A stretch of DNA of 64,000 bases from Leidyana gryllorum EB-2025a. Lineage: Eukaryota > Protista > Apicomplexa. Shown in pieces: positions 61,562-64,000 of the stretch. The notes beneath the pieces were generated by a model that saw nothing but the letters and a program-made list of their open reading frames with translations, was not told the DNA's origin and did not search any database. Position numbers and translations under genes: made by a program. How positions within the stretch are numbered: the stretch's first letter is position 1; each line of letters begins with the position of its first letter. The stretch lies in assembly GCA_048772705.1 (NCBI GenBank), contig JBLWGC010000051.1, positions 304,268-368,267 of the forward strand, written 5' to 3'.

Positions 61562-63166
61562 CTACCATTTAAGGGAACTAGGGGCAATACCGGTCTTTTG
61601 AGCTTCGGTGCTGAGATCGGAATTGCCCGTGGCTAAATGATCTACTGCTTTGAACTCATAGCGGAAAAACGATAAGCTCTCAGATCCCACTTCTGCTCCT
61701 GGAGCCGTAAGAGAGTTTGCCAACATCTCAGTGGCTCTGCCCACCGCCTCTGTTGCTTCAAGAGACAAGAATCGTCTGACAATTGCTACCGTGGAACTCA
61801 GTCGGCGAGCTTTTGAACTGCGTAAATCGTATATTTGTTGTTCTCTCATTCTCTCAAATAGGAGTCCTCGATCCTCTGCGTCTCCAAAGTCTCGCAAGCT
61901 TTGCGCACCCCCGTTCAAACAGCCTTTGGGACAAGCTAAGAGTTCTGCTGCAATCCACGATTTCGGGGCAGAGTTTGTCATGTTCTTGAGGTTCCGGAGT
62001 CCTGACGCAACTTCAACTGTGGCACCTCCGCCTCCCACTTTCGCCCTCCAGTGATCGGAATTCAACCCCCGCTGCAAGGTGGGCTCCGTTCCATCGACTG
62101 CAAAAGCGACAGCCGTCACGAACCCTCCACAGTCGCGGCCCGACTCCACCTCGGCAACGTGTCCATCTTTCGAATATGGAGACGCCAAGAAGGCCAGGTC
62201 GTCAAAAGGATTGGGAGAGTGTGGAGAAAAGGGCGGATTGAGACGGATCTGGTCCAAATATGTGAGGAAACCGTAATCCTCCAGGAAGGTTTGGAATTGA
62301 TTCGTGCCCAGCACTAGATCTATGAGCGGCCCACATTCATCATTCCGTTCCATATGGAACTCCGGCCTCAAAGCCTCGAGCTTCTTGTCGTAGCACGGCT
62401 GTACACTCACACTATAGACGACCAGCGGTTGCGTCAGGTGTTCCGGGTTTGCTCTTCTGACCTTCGAGGCTTGTTGGCGCAGTCCGGTCCCATATATGTT
62501 AAACTCCTTCCAGATTGACGGAGAGGATGACGATTTGAGTCGAATTCGATGTAGGTGTGGTAATAGTGTCTTTACAACCAAACCCTGCCACATTTGTGCG
62601 CTCGGCACCGTCGACAACTTGGGCAATACATGCGGTGCTGTCTTCTCAGCATAGCACACCCATCCGGGACAGTGAGAACCCATCACTTCACCTTCTCTCT
62701 CTTCGGTTGTCCTTGCCACCTCTGTCAAATACAACCCTTCGCCCACCCAACTGTCCAGAACATAGTGTATGCCATGTGGGGCCAGGAACGAGGTGAGGGT
62801 ACGATATAGTTCGGGTGTTGGCAGATTGTATGCACAACTCAGAGCTGCGGCGCTCTGAGTGCTCAGACTTATGACCACTAATCGACCTTCTTCATTCGCA
62901 CTCAGAATCTTCGTGAGTTCCTCATGACAGTGCTGAGTGACGAGAAGGGTCTCGGCGGTGGTGACGCAGCCGTTGCACGCCAAACAGTCCGCTAAGTTAA
63001 CTTTGCCGGCTTCGGCCGTGGCATTCTTTTTTATGAGATCTGGTCTCTCCTCAACCACATTCTGTGGGCTGAGCGAAGCCCCGCCAGCCAGGATTGGGAC
63101 GACGCAGTCCTGTGCAGGTGCTAGGAAGTCATCCAAATCGGCCAACTTGACGGCAAGAGAGAACAT
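61562..63166 (-). CDS. NAR1: Cytosolic Fe-S assembly factor Nar1/CIAO3
   Basis: DLDDFLAPAQDC, DCLACNGCVT, SHCPGWVCYAEK, QPCYDKKLEA, ACPKGCLNGGAQ, C-terminal LKW. Confidence 0.95.
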   Translation of the reverse strand: MFSLAVKLADLDDFLAPAQDCVVPILAGGASLSPQNVVEERPDLIKKNATAEAGKVNLADCLACNGCVTTAETLLVTQHCHEELTKILSANEEGRLVVISLSTQSAAALSCAYNLPTPELYRTLTSFLAPHGIHYVLDSWVGEGLYLTEVARTTEEREGEVMGSHCPGWVCYAEKTAPHVLPKLSTVPSAQMWQGLVVKTLLPHLHRIRLKSSSSPSIWKEFNIYGTGLRQQASKVRRANPEHLTQPLVVYSVSVQPCYDKKLEALRPEFHMERNDECGPLIDLVLGTNQFQTFLEDYGFLTYLDQIRLNPPFSPHSPNPFDDLAFLASPYSKDGHVAEVESGRDCGGFVTAVAFAVDGTEPTLQRGLNSDHWRAKVGGGGATVEVASGLRNLKNMTNSAPKSWIAAELLACPKGCLNGGAQSLRDFGDAEDRGLLFERMREQQIYDLRSSKARRLSSTVAIVRRFLSLEATEAVGRATEMLANSLTAPGAEVGSESLSFFRYEFKAVDHLATGNSDLSTEAQKTGIAPSSLKW

Positions 63167-63190
63167 ATGAGTTTTTTTTTGCATTAGCGA

Positions 63191-64000
63191 ATGCAAGCAT
63201 TGGGAGAGACTCGTCGGCGGGGAGCATCCTCCCGAACCGAGGAGTCATGGTCGGTAATACCCGATCAATCTCCCCACCGCAGAAGACCCTTACTGACACT
63301 CGTAATCGGAACAGGTTTGGTAGCGTTCTTGGTCGGCAGTCTGCTCAGCAGGGGTATTGTTGCGGCTTTGATCTTCGCCATCTGGGGTTCTCTGTATATT
63401 GTCTATGTCTTGCGATCTCGTCAAGGTCGTATGCTGGCGATCGAACATTCCTATTTGACCGCAATCATGTTTTTGTTGTTCACTACGGCAACTGCGTTGT
63501 TCTTCCGACGTCTTAATGACCCGCGTCTGGATATTGTACCCGTATTTCGAATTCCTTCCTTACCACAGGATATTAGATTGTGTGAGTTTCAAATGTGGTG
63601 TGTCTGAATGAGTCTTATATAGCTTTTGGCTATCAGAATCTGACTGCTACCGCTATGGGGGTCGGTCAGACGACTAATGACTTCTCAATTGTCATTGCGG
63701 CTCGTGATGAAGACGATTATATTGCCGAAACTGTCAAATACACGATTGAAGTGACACCGGCCAGTGTCATCAGAGAGATCATCGTAGTAGATGACGCCAG
63801 TAGGAATCCCCAGGCAAACATACTCAATGCTCGGCTGACCAGCCGAGAGAAGCGATTCGTCAAAGTCATCAGATTTGATGAACCTCAAGGTGATCACTTT
63901 CAAAGTAGAAATACCGCAACTCGTTCCCTCTCAGGCCTCATTCGGGCACGTATTGTTGGGGCCGATAGCGCCTTGAGTGACAACCTAGTAAGATGTGCTG
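63191..64000 (+). CDS. Polypeptide N-acetylgalactosaminyltransferase (GT27), 3'-truncated
   Basis: N-terminal TM segments, then SIVIAARDE, EIIVVDDAS and GLIRARIVGA read across short introns. Confidence 0.85.

Noticed and set aside
61562-63166. [FeFe]-hydrogenase
   Set aside because: The N-terminal DDF..P.Q.C motif, the CPGW variant and the terminal Trp identify Nar1/CIAO3.

Overview
Gene-dense eukaryotic DNA with short GT-AG introns (mostly about 37-53 nt) and almost no intergenic space. Gene content (ApiAT/LAT3-like transporter, ppGalNAc-T, MetRS1-type MetRS, prenylated PRL, zinc-finger CCR4, coronin) suggests a compact alveolate, probably an apicomplexan of gregarine/Cryptosporidium grade; this is inference. 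About 31 protein genes are supported, mostly housekeeping. The main observations are: (1) the 3' part of a type I PKS-like gene with the architecture KS-[dead reductase-dead sulfotransferase]-[intact reductase-intact sulfotransferase], a candidate sulfated-lipid synthase; (2) two highly base-paired segments of about 270-320 nt in two of the few large intergenic gaps (47.9-48.3 kb and 52.0-52.3 kb), candidate ncRNA genes, one with a possible telomerase-like template; (3) divergent gene pairs with start codons only 15-46 bp apart, and convergent pairs whose CDS ends overlap; (4) adjacent bacterial/plant-type oxalyl-CoA decarboxylase/HACL and pyrophosphatase genes, a single-repeat sacsin-like gene and a pacifastin-like Cys-repeat protein. 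Exon boundaries and RNA helices were worked out by eye; no searches were run. No tRNA, rRNA, CRISPR array or transposase was recognised.
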